From Gemmatimonadales bacterium (lineage in GTDB: Bacteria > Gemmatimonadota > Gemmatimonadetes > Gemmatimonadales > GWC2-71-9), in NCBI GenBank assembly GCA_041615815.1, contig JBFJCP010000027.1, positions 1 through 63,852 of the forward strand: 63,852 bases of DNA, read 5' to 3'. The notes under the pieces are model-generated. The model was not told where the DNA came from. It worked only from the letters and a program-made list of their open reading frames with translations, and did no database searches. Positions 18,385-26,193 of the stretch are shown one piece after another (position 1 is the stretch's first letter; each line of letters starts with the position of its first letter). The position numbers and the translations under genes were made by a program.

Positions 18385-19347
18385 CTACTTCTCGGCCAGC
18401 CGCAACGCTCGCAACCCGATGAGCACGAGTTCTTCGTTCTCCGACGCGTCGAACGCGCCGCTCTCCGTCTGAGCGCTCAGGACCAGCGGAATAGCCCGTT
18501 TCACCGCGTTCCGCGTGGTGGTGGAACCAAAGGACATGAGCATGTTGATCGCGTTGAACAGGTGGGCACTTCGCCAGCTCCCGTCTGCCTCCTGATGCTC
18601 GAAAATACGGACCGCGATCCGCTCCACATCCGGACGGTACTGAAGCGGTGCAAACGCCAAAGCTCCCAGGCCCAAGAAGGTGAGATCAACCGGCCAGCGG
18701 GTTCCCGGATCGTCCCACAGCGCCGACATCTCCATGAGAGTCTCCACATGCCCGCAGACGGCATGGCGGCAGTCCTGCTCCGCTCGAAGCACGACCCTGA
18801 GTGCCAAGAGACTTGCCGCGAGACGCGCGTTTTCTTCGGCATCGATGATGAGCCCACTCCGCAGTACGAGGGGGGCCAACATCTCCTCACGGGTGCTGGG
18901 AGAGAAGAAACCCCTGAGGAAGTGGTGACAACACTTCGCGGCGTGCAGCTCGTCGTCACACCCCTCACCAAACCGACCCGGCCGGTCCTGGCGTCCCAAG
19001 ACGAATCCGATGGTTCGTACCATAGCCGCGTGGTCGGCGGGACATCCGAGATCCATGAGCTCCCACGCGATCCACGCAGTCGAGAGGAGACCGCCATCAA
19101 CGCTCCCGTCGATGCGGGTCCGCCGCCGCCGTTCTCGAATCAGCTGGTCAACCAGCCGCTCGTCGCCCGGCAGAGGGCGACCCATGAGTCGGCGCGCGAG
19201 CACACCGGGTCGCGTCGCGCGCTCCCTGAGCAGCGCCGCCGCCCGATCGCGGGCCACCTGGATATCGGACGATCGATCCACGAGCGCCGGTCCCGACGGG
19301 GTCATCCAGTGATGGTCCTGGATCTCACGATCATCGGGGAGGTCCAT
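18385..19347 (-). CDS. hypothetical protein with prenyltransferase/squalene-cyclase QW-like repeats
   Basis: Repeats RQDRPGRF, HQEADGSW, AQTESGAF and DGSVDG following helical segments. Confidence 0.55.
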   Translation of the reverse strand: MDLPDDREIQDHHWMTPSGPALVDRSSDIQVARDRAAALLRERATRPGVLARRLMGRPLPGDERLVDQLIRERRRRTRIDGSVDGGLLSTAWIAWELMDLGCPADHAAMVRTIGFVLGRQDRPGRFGEGCDDELHAAKCCHHFLRGFFSPSTREEMLAPLVLRSGLIIDAEENARLAASLLALRVVLRAEQDCRHAVCGHVETLMEMSALWDDPGTRWPVDLTFLGLGALAFAPLQYRPDVERIAVRIFEHQEADGSWRSAHLFNAINMLMSFGSTTTRNAVKRAIPLVLSAQTESGAFDASENEELVLIGLRALRLAEK

Positions 19348-19528
19348 GGTTTGTGGCTCGTGGTGCGAGTGGAGGGCGCGTGTCCGGTGCCGGCCCGGTC
19401 ACCCCTGTAAGATCCCCCAATCGCGGTCCGAAGGCTAGTGGGCCAGGGCTGGGAGAACTACATTGAAATACGCGATCTGCTCTCGATCACGGCGCAAATC
19501 CGCTCGAACTCCGAGACGCGGGCTACCT

Positions 19529-19555
19529 GTAACACATTTTCTATCAAGCAGTTAC
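19529..19555. other. dyad site GTAACACATT-N7-AAGCAGTTAC
   Basis: Imperfect inverted repeat with 7-bp core (TAA-N4-TT-N7-AA-N4-TTA); a second copy lies at 28459-28493. Confidence 0.5.
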
Positions 19556-19596
19556 GCCATCGCCGCCCGCTTCGCCTGTTCGGGCGGCGATGGCGT
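19554..19596. repeat. perfect 16-bp inverted repeat upstream of tRNA-Asn
   Basis: ACGCCATCGCCGCCCG (19554-19569), 11-nt loop, CGGGCGGCGATGGCGT (19581-19596). Confidence 0.75.
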
Positions 19597-19615
19597 TTGA
19601 TCAGCTGAACGGCGT

Positions 19616-19688
19616 TGGGGTGTAGCTCAACTGGCGGAGCGCCCGGCTGTTAACCGGGAGGTTGCAGGTTCGAATCCTGCCGCCCCAG
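19616..19688 (+). tRNA. tRNA-Asn(GTT), 3' CCA not encoded
   Basis: Cloverleaf: acceptor TGGGGTG/CGCCCCA, D-arm GCTC/GAGC, anticodon arm CCCGG-CTGTTAA-CCGGG (GTT at 19649-19651), T-arm GCAGG-TTCGAAT-CCTGC, discriminator G. Confidence 0.96.
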
Positions 19689-19733
19689 TGTGATTGTTGC
19701 GAAGCCGCACCTGGAAATCGACGACCCCCCACC

Positions 19734-19753
19734 GTCCCCCCAGCATGGGGGAC
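19734..19753. terminator. hairpin between the convergent tRNA and amidohydrolase genes
   Basis: GTCCCCC-CAGCAT-GGGGGAC; no U-tract. Confidence 0.4.
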
Positions 19754-19774
19754 TCCGCCCTCCGCCCTCTGCCT

Positions 19775-21163
19775 CTACTGCCACCCCTGTCTGAGCTCGG
19801 ACGGCCGATAGAGGCTTCCCCCGGAGATGATCATGTCGATCGAGCGGGTGTTCGCAATATCGGCAATTGGGTCGGCATTCAGAACGAGAAAATCGGCGAG
19901 CGCGCCGGCACGAAGCACGCCGATGGAGTCCGCCCCCATGAGTTGCGCCGCATCCTTCGTGGCGGCCTGCAGCGCCTGCGCGGGGGTCAGCCCTGCTCGC
20001 ACGAGGAGCTCCAACTCTCGATGGAGACTCGCGCCAGGCGGAATGAGCTCGTACGGTGTGTCGGTGCCCGCCGCAACGGTTCCCCCGGCGCTGGCAAACA
20101 AACGGACAAAGCGATCCTGCACGGGTCGTGACCGCCGGAAGGCGACGAAGTCGCGCGCACTCAGTCCAGCACGCCGCATCAACGCGGGGATGTCCCACCG
20201 GCGTCGGACCGAGTCGGGAACGCCACTGAGATCGAGGCTCCCGGCGAGGGTGGCGTCGGACAATCGTGTGTACACGTCGTGCTTGACGAGCGTTGGCACG
20301 ATGGCCGTGCCGCCTGCGGCCAGCTCTCGCGCGACGCGGTCCAGCGTCGTTGAGTCCAGCGCGGCCCACCCACGCTCAAAGGTGTTCCACCCACGGTAGT
20401 AATCGGTGTGCGCCTCGAAGAACACTCGTGGACTCGTGACGGCCGCTTCCACGACGCCGGTCATGTGCTCGAGGACCTCGACCCCCATGCGAGCGGCCGT
20501 GAGAGCGTCGACGCGGCCGAGATGGCCGGCCACGGGGATCTTGAGCGTGAGCGCCTCGTCCATGAGCGGCCGGAGCAGTCGCGCGTCGATGCCCGTATAG
20601 ATCTTGGCTTGCGCGGCTTCGGCCAGAACCAGCTGATCGATGGCGCGGCGAGCCTCCGTCCCGGATCTAACCTCGGTCGCATCTCGAATCGGTGACGACG
20701 CCCCGTCGATGATGGCACCCGAGACGTACATGCGGGGCCCCAATACCCGCCCCGCATTCACCGCATCTCTCAGTGTGAGGATCGTCGCCTGGTCCCGTCC
20801 CATGTCCCGCACGGTCGTGACTCCGTAGGCCATGAAGCGGCCCAGCATCCAATCGTCGGTATGGGCGTGCGCGTCGATAAGGCCGGGGACGATCCATTTG
20901 CCGGCCACACTGATCTCTTGGGCCCCCCGAGGGACCTTCACGGCGTCTGCCGGACCCACCGCCTCGATGCGCCCTTCCGCCACGAGCACGACGGCGTTGG
21001 CGACCGCTGGTCCTCCAAGTCCGTCCAGGAGGGTGGCCCCCACGTATGCGGTTTTCCCTTCCCCTGAGCTGCACGCGGCTGTGATCGCGATCACTGGCAG
21101 CGTCGCCCATCGCCACCCGAGAACCCGGCAAGTGGTGACGAGAGGCCCGCTCCCGTTATTCAT
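19775..21163 (-). CDS. amidohydrolase family protein (probable lipoprotein)
   Basis: PGLIDAHAH, YGVTTVRDMG, VAAGTD, GALADFLVL; lipobox ITAAC; exact start uncertain. Confidence 0.85.
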   Translation of the reverse strand: MNNGSGPLVTTCRVLGWRWATLPVIAITAACSSGEGKTAYVGATLLDGLGGPAVANAVVLVAEGRIEAVGPADAVKVPRGAQEISVAGKWIVPGLIDAHAHTDDWMLGRFMAYGVTTVRDMGRDQATILTLRDAVNAGRVLGPRMYVSGAIIDGASSPIRDATEVRSGTEARRAIDQLVLAEAAQAKIYTGIDARLLRPLMDEALTLKIPVAGHLGRVDALTAARMGVEVLEHMTGVVEAAVTSPRVFFEAHTDYYRGWNTFERGWAALDSTTLDRVARELAAGGTAIVPTLVKHDVYTRLSDATLAGSLDLSGVPDSVRRRWDIPALMRRAGLSARDFVAFRRSRPVQDRFVRLFASAGGTVAAGTDTPYELIPPGASLHRELELLVRAGLTPAQALQAATKDAAQLMGADSIGVLRAGALADFLVLNADPIADIANTRSIDMIISGGSLYRPSELRQGWQ

Positions 21164-21599
21164 CTCGACTCGTGTGATCATGCAGGATTTTCCAGTCCTC
21201 ACCGTCTCGCCGTAGCACCAGGGTGAACAACCCAGTGCTCGTCACGGAATCACCGCGAAACAGCACGTACCGCGCGGTAGCGAGCGCGTGATCGGCTCCG
21301 AGAGGTCGGGATGCCAGCTCTTCGAACCGCAATGAGTCCCGGGCGACGCCCGGTTCGAAGCGCGGGGCGTAGTTGTCCCGTATCCACGAATATCCGTAGT
21401 GGACGACCCGGCCGCTCACGAAGCTCGTTTCGTCCTCTTCTGCGTAGTCCGACAGAAAGGCCTGGAGGTCACCCCGATTCCATGCGGTGGCCGATGCGTC
21501 GAGCATACGGCGGATGGCCGGTGTGGGGTCGGCTATGCCGGGTTCCTGCGCCTGCGTACATGCGCCCAACATGCTCAGCAGGACGACGCCAACTCTCAT
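21156..21599 (-). CDS. DUF4440/NTF2-like (SnoaL fold) lipoprotein
   Basis: Lipobox LGAC; AWNRGDLQAF, GLFTLVLRR, WKILHDHTS. Confidence 0.8.
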   Translation of the reverse strand: MRVGVVLLSMLGACTQAQEPGIADPTPAIRRMLDASATAWNRGDLQAFLSDYAEEDETSFVSGRVVHYGYSWIRDNYAPRFEPGVARDSLRFEELASRPLGADHALATARYVLFRGDSVTSTGLFTLVLRRDGEDWKILHDHTSRDE

Positions 21600-21679
21600 G
21601 ACGCGCACTCCCCGCGGAACGGGATGCGCGCAACGTACTGCGGAGGAGGAAGTCTGCAAGGGAAGGCCCAAACGGACCG

Positions 21680-21751
21680 CCGCGCCTGCCCGGACCGCGA
21701 GCTGCACCCGGGGGGCTAGCTCCACTCCGAAACGGTCTACGGCAGGCGCGG
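21680..21751. other. long imperfect intergenic hairpin
   Basis: CCGCGCCTGCC (21680-21690) pairs with GGCAGGCGCGG (21741-21751), with inner GACCG/CGGTC and GAGCT/AGCTC helices. Confidence 0.55.
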
Positions 21752-21774
21752 TCAGTTGAACGGCGTCTCGACGC

Positions 21775-22176
21775 CTAGCGGCGCTTGGCGCGCTTGGCCG
21801 ACTTTTTCTTTCGTCGCGTGGTCTTCTTCGCCTTCTTCCGTGCAGGCTTGCGCTTCTTGGCGGCCTTGCGTTTCGCGGTCTTTCGGCGCCCCTTGGCCGC
21901 GCGCTTCTTCGTAGCCTTCTTCTTGGCTTTCTTCGCCCGTTTCTTGGTGGCTTTTTTGCGCGCCTTTTTCTTTGCCTTCGTGGCGCGCTTGCGGGCTGGC
22001 TTTTTGGCCGGAGGCTTGGGCGTTTCCTTTTTCTCTTCGGCCGGGGTGGGCTCCGGGGTCGACCAGATGAGCCGTTCCGACTCGGGCTGTGGCGGTCGGA
22101 CCGGCGGGGTCAACGGCATTGGATCCCACATGCCCGGTCCACCTATGCCTCCCGTCCCGCCAACGTCGTGCAACAT
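21775..22176 (-). CDS. histone H1-like Lys/Ala/Arg-rich basic protein
   Basis: ATG 22176 behind GGAGG; C-terminal half PAKKPARKRATKAKKKARKKATKKRAKKAKKK...; Pro-rich N-terminal part. Confidence 0.72.
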   Translation of the reverse strand: MLHDVGGTGGIGGPGMWDPMPLTPPVRPPQPESERLIWSTPEPTPAEEKKETPKPPAKKPARKRATKAKKKARKKATKKRAKKAKKKATKKRAAKGRRKTAKRKAAKKRKPARKKAKKTTRRKKKSAKRAKRR

Positions 22177-22294
22177 TGGGATTCCCTCCGCTGTGAGCAT
22201 GATGGTGGCTATAGATTGTGGCGCCATGAAAAGGATGCGCAAGAGCCGCCCGCGTATGGGGAACACAGCGCTCGGTCACCCTCGAGTCTCTCGC

Positions 22295-22324
22295 TTGACA
22301 CCGGACTCGGACCGCACTTAGGTT
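22295..22324 (+). promoter_or_regulatory. sigma70-type promoter
   Basis: TTGACA (22295-22300), 18 nt spacer, TAGGTT (22319-22324). Confidence 0.55.
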
Positions 22325-22340
22325 GGCTCCCGTATCTCCA

Positions 22341-22469
22341 ATGCATATCGCACTTTACGCTGGCCGAACGGGCGTGCCACCGTGCGCGCGGTGCTCTGGG
22401 AGGGTGCGAGATGAGCCAAGCCGCCGGACCTCGCTCTCGCGCGCGGCGCACCTCGAGCTCCTGAGCTGA
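22341..22469 (+). CDS. candidate 42-aa leader ORF with CxxC
   Basis: MHIALYAGRTGVPPCARCSGRVRDEPSRRTSLSRAAHLELLS; stop overlaps the next ATG (TGATG); starts about 10 nt after the predicted TSS. Confidence 0.35.
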   Translation: MHIALYAGRTGVPPCARCSGRVRDEPSRRTSLSRAAHLELLS

Positions 22470-23521
22470 TGCGAGCCGTCGTCGCCAGGGGCCACGGAGA
22501 TCTCTCGCAGCTCGAGCTCGTCGATGTTCCTCCTCCGTCCATCACGCACCCCGACGACGTCCTGGTCCGGCTCCAAGCCGCCGCACTCAACCGCCTCGAT
22601 CTCTGGACCCTGACCGGCTTACCGGGGCTGAATCTGCAATTCCCCCACATTCTGGGTGGCGACGGAGCCGGGGTGGTGGAGTCGGTCGGGCGGGGGGTGA
22701 CCCATGTGCGCTCGGGGGACCGGGTGCTGTTCAATCCGGGGATCTCCTGCTATGCCTGTGACTCCTGCCTTGCGGGTCAGCACTCCCTGTGTGTCGAATA
22801 CCGGCTGTTGGGCGAGCACGTCCCAGGCACGTTGGCCGAATATGTCGTGCTCCCGCGGCATAACGTCCTTCCGGTCCCCGATCTGCCGCCACCCCACGAG
22901 CCCATCACGTGGGTGGAGGCGGCGGCCTTTTCCCTCACCACGCTCACCGCGTGGCGGATGCTGGTGACTAAGGCCCGTCTCCGGCCGGGCGAGCTGGTGC
23001 TCATCTGGGGTATTGGCGGTGGGGTCTCCGTGACCGCGCTTCGGATCGCGAAGTTCGCTGGTGGACGTGTAATTGCGACGTCGTCGAGCGACGAGAAGCT
23101 TGCAGCCGCCCGGGAGCTGGGTGCAGACGAGGTCATCAACCATGCCACGCAAGACGTGGCCAAGGAGGTCCGGGCCCTAACCGACCGGCGAGGGGTGGAT
23201 GTGGTCGTCGAGAATGTCGGGGAAGCGACGTGGGAACGGTCATTGCGGGTGCTCGCGCCGGGCGGGCGTTTGGTGACCTGTGGCGCTACGACGGGGCCCA
23301 AGGTCGTCACAGATGTTCGGAGACTTTTTTGGTATCAATGGACGATTATGGGATCTACGATGGGAACCGCCGCGGAGTATCGAGAGATCGTTCGACTCTT
23401 GGGACAGGGTCAGCTCCGGCCGATCGTGGACTCCACCTTCCCGCTGGACCGTGTGGTGGACGCCTTCCGCCGGCTCCAGGTAGGTGAGCAGATGGGCAAG
23501 GTCACCGTGGAGATCGCTTGA
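22469..23521 (+). CDS. zinc-binding dehydrogenase / MDR-family oxidoreductase
   Basis: ALNRLD, PHILGGDGAG, structural-Zn motif CYACDSC...C, IWGIGGGV, GRLVTCGAT, GSTMG. Confidence 0.9.
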   Translation: MRAVVARGHGDLSQLELVDVPPPSITHPDDVLVRLQAAALNRLDLWTLTGLPGLNLQFPHILGGDGAGVVESVGRGVTHVRSGDRVLFNPGISCYACDSCLAGQHSLCVEYRLLGEHVPGTLAEYVVLPRHNVLPVPDLPPPHEPITWVEAAAFSLTTLTAWRMLVTKARLRPGELVLIWGIGGGVSVTALRIAKFAGGRVIATSSSDEKLAAARELGADEVINHATQDVAKEVRALTDRRGVDVVVENVGEATWERSLRVLAPGGRLVTCGATTGPKVVTDVRRLFWYQWTIMGSTMGTAAEYREIVRLLGQGQLRPIVDSTFPLDRVVDAFRRLQVGEQMGKVTVEIA

Positions 23522-26193
23522 TGGCTCAGCCGGTGAGAGGTCTGCGGACGTGGTGGGGGGTGCTCGTCGGACTCGCCGCCGCAGCTGGGGTTGCCGCGCC
23601 CCTCAGGGCGCAGGCTTGTCCGGGGGCCGCCGAGCCATTGGTGGCCGAGGGATGGATGGCGTACCGAGGTGGCGAGATTGCCCGAGCGGATACCCTGTTC
23701 CGACAGGCGGCCAATCGTTGCGTGGGCGACATCGCCGCCCGTACTGGGATGGGGTATACCGCCCTACGGTTGGGCCGCGCCGACGAGGCCCGGCTCCACT
23801 TTCAGCAGGTGCTCGCCGTGGACTCGGGCGTAGTCGACGCCCTGGTTGGTGCCGCGCTCGTCGCGTGGGTCAATGGCGAGGTCGAAGCGGCTCGGACCGG
23901 TTTCCGTCGCGTGCTACGGGTGGAACCAGAGAATCGTACGGCGTTGGAGTATCTCGGCCAGATGCCTCCGGGTCCTCCAGAACGGCCGCCACTCGCATTG
24001 CCGGACACCGTCGTGCACCATGTACGGACGCAGGGCGAGCGGTTCGAGATCTTCGACGGGAGCGGCTGGCAGCCGTTCTACGTGAAAGGCGTGAATCTCG
24101 GCGCGGCACTCCCGGGCAATTTCCCGAGCCAATTTCCGGATTCCGCTACCTACGCTCGTTGGATTACCGGCATCGCGGATATGGGTGCCAACGCGATTCG
24201 GTTGTACACGATTCACCCTCCGTATTTCTACGCGGCGTTGAGAGCGCACAACCTCGCCCATCCCTGGGCGCCACTGATGCTGATTCATGGGGTCTGGGCA
24301 GAGCTTCCGCCGGACCACGAGTACGAGGATCCCACGTGGGAGGGCGACTTCTTCAGCGAGATCCGGCGGGTGGTGGACGTGGTGCACGGGCGTGCGGACA
24401 TACCACCGCGGCGGGGGCATGCGTCCGGTCGGTACACGGCGGACGTGTCACTCTGGGCCCTGGCATACATCATCGGACGGGAGTGGGAGCCCTACTCCGT
24501 GGTGGTCTACAACCGCCGCGGCCCGCGGAAGACAGAATGGCTGGGGCGCTACATCGAGCTTCGGGATGGGAGCCCGATGGAGGTGTGGTTGGCCAAGGCC
24601 ACCGAGCAAATCGTGGCGTACGAATCGGAGACCTATCGACAACAACGGCCGGCGGCCTACACGAATTGGCCGACGCTGGATCCGATGTACCACCCCACGG
24701 AAACGACGGCGGAGGAGGAGGTGGGGCTCCGCCGGGCGCTGGGTGAGCACTTCGCCGCCCAGCCCATGGAGTACGACAACGACGCCGTTGGGCTCGACGC
24801 GGGCCGGATGCGACCCACCGAGCGTTTTCCGGCAGGCGTATTCGCCGCCTTTCACGTGTATCCCTACTATCCCGACTTCATGGTGTTGGACCCGGGGTAC
24901 CGGAAGGCTCGGTCGGCTGAGGGTCCGTCGAGTTACTATGGCTATCTTCGAGATCTCAAAGCCCATCACCCCAATCTCCCGATTCTCATCGCCGAGTACG
25001 GAGTACCGGCGAGCATCGGTGTCGCACATGTCCAACCGCAGGGGTGGCACCACGGCGGCCATACCGAGGAACGCATGGCCGAGATCGATGCAAGGCTGAC
25101 GCGAGAGATTGCCGAGGCGGGCATGGCCGGTGGCGTCGTTTTCGCTTGGATCGATGAATGGTTCAAGAAGAATTGGCTCACGGTCGACTTCGAGATCCCA
25201 CATGAGCGGGGGCGGCTGTGGCACAACCGGCTCGACGCCGAGCAACACTACGGCATGGTCGCCATGGATCCCGAGCCACGTCTGCCGGGCGAGACGGCGA
25301 CGCAGCGCCAGCGCCCCTGGGAGTTGGTACCGCCCCTCTATCGGTCTGAGGACGGCGCCACGCTACGTGCCACGGCTGACGAGGCGAACCTGTGGTTGTT
25401 GTTCGATTCGGGTCGTAAGACGTTTCAGCGAGTGTACATCGGCTTCGACATGGTGCACCCGGAGGCGGGGGATTTCCGCTGGCCCGGAAAGCAAGGTCCC
25501 AACCTTCCCGTTGGCGTGGAGTTTGTGCTGGAGATCGGCGCAGACGGTGCACGCCTGCTTGCGGATCCCCCCTCGAATCCGTTTCGGCTCCAACGGGTGC
25601 GTGAGGGAGTTCCCCGAGATCGGCTGGTCTTTCCTGCCATCGACACAGCCTTCACGCCACCGGGCTTCTTTCGTGACCGGATCGAGCAGCGGTTCAAAGC
25701 TCGGTACGTGACTGTCCCAAATCACGACGGCCAGTACGATTCGCTCCACGTCGTCATCAATCGCCCGCGATTCGGCCGTGACGGGTCCGAGTACGCTGGT
25801 CTGGGCTACAACCGGAGCATCCTGCCAGAGGGCGAACCACCGGACGGCCTCTGGACACGATTGGCGAGCGGCCGCGTGATCGAAGCGCGGATCCCCTGGG
25901 CCCTCCTGAACGTCACCGATCCGAGCCAGCTTCGTGTGCTGCAACATGATCCGGAGGCACCACGGGGAGCGCTGGGGACCAGTGTCGTGGGATCCATCGG
26001 CATCCTCGCGGCTGCGACGGATTCCAAGGGTTGGTGGACGTTCTGGCCGGCGCCGGCGAGCGCCGAGGGAGTAGCGCGATTTACCTGGTCCGCCTGGGAC
26101 ATCCCGCGCTGGCGGGAACGGCGGCGTCCGGCCTATCACGTCATGCGGGAGACGTTCCGCACGCTTGAGCCGACCGTCGTCAAGTATCGATGA
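23521..26193 (+). CDS. secreted TPR + clan GH-A-like glycoside hydrolase domain protein
   Basis: Signal peptide, N-terminal TPR-like helices, then KGVNLG, GANAIRLYT, IGREWEP, FHVYPYYPDF, IAEYG, FAWIDEWFK. Confidence 0.72.
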   Translation: MAQPVRGLRTWWGVLVGLAAAAGVAAPLRAQACPGAAEPLVAEGWMAYRGGEIARADTLFRQAANRCVGDIAARTGMGYTALRLGRADEARLHFQQVLAVDSGVVDALVGAALVAWVNGEVEAARTGFRRVLRVEPENRTALEYLGQMPPGPPERPPLALPDTVVHHVRTQGERFEIFDGSGWQPFYVKGVNLGAALPGNFPSQFPDSATYARWITGIADMGANAIRLYTIHPPYFYAALRAHNLAHPWAPLMLIHGVWAELPPDHEYEDPTWEGDFFSEIRRVVDVVHGRADIPPRRGHASGRYTADVSLWALAYIIGREWEPYSVVVYNRRGPRKTEWLGRYIELRDGSPMEVWLAKATEQIVAYESETYRQQRPAAYTNWPTLDPMYHPTETTAEEEVGLRRALGEHFAAQPMEYDNDAVGLDAGRMRPTERFPAGVFAAFHVYPYYPDFMVLDPGYRKARSAEGPSSYYGYLRDLKAHHPNLPILIAEYGVPASIGVAHVQPQGWHHGGHTEERMAEIDARLTREIAEAGMAGGVVFAWIDEWFKKNWLTVDFEIPHERGRLWHNRLDAEQHYGMVAMDPEPRLPGETATQRQRPWELVPPLYRSEDGATLRATADEANLWLLFDSGRKTFQRVYIGFDMVHPEAGDFRWPGKQGPNLPVGVEFVLEIGADGARLLADPPSNPFRLQRVREGVPRDRLVFPAIDTAFTPPGFFRDRIEQRFKARYVTVPNHDGQYDSLHVVINRPRFGRDGSEYAGLGYNRSILPEGEPPDGLWTRLASGRVIEARIPWALLNVTDPSQLRVLQHDPEAPRGALGTSVVGSIGILAAATDSKGWWTFWPAPASAEGVARFTWSAWDIPRWRERRRPAYHVMRETFRTLEPTVVKYR

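Noticed and set aside
19616..19780. Integrative element or prophage at tRNA-Asn
   Set aside because: No integrase, no duplicated tRNA 3' end seen, and downstream genes have ordinary composition
21785..22321. Phe/Ala-rich plus-strand ORF that looks like a membrane protein
   Set aside because: It is the antisense mirror of the Lys/Ala repeats of the H1-like gene
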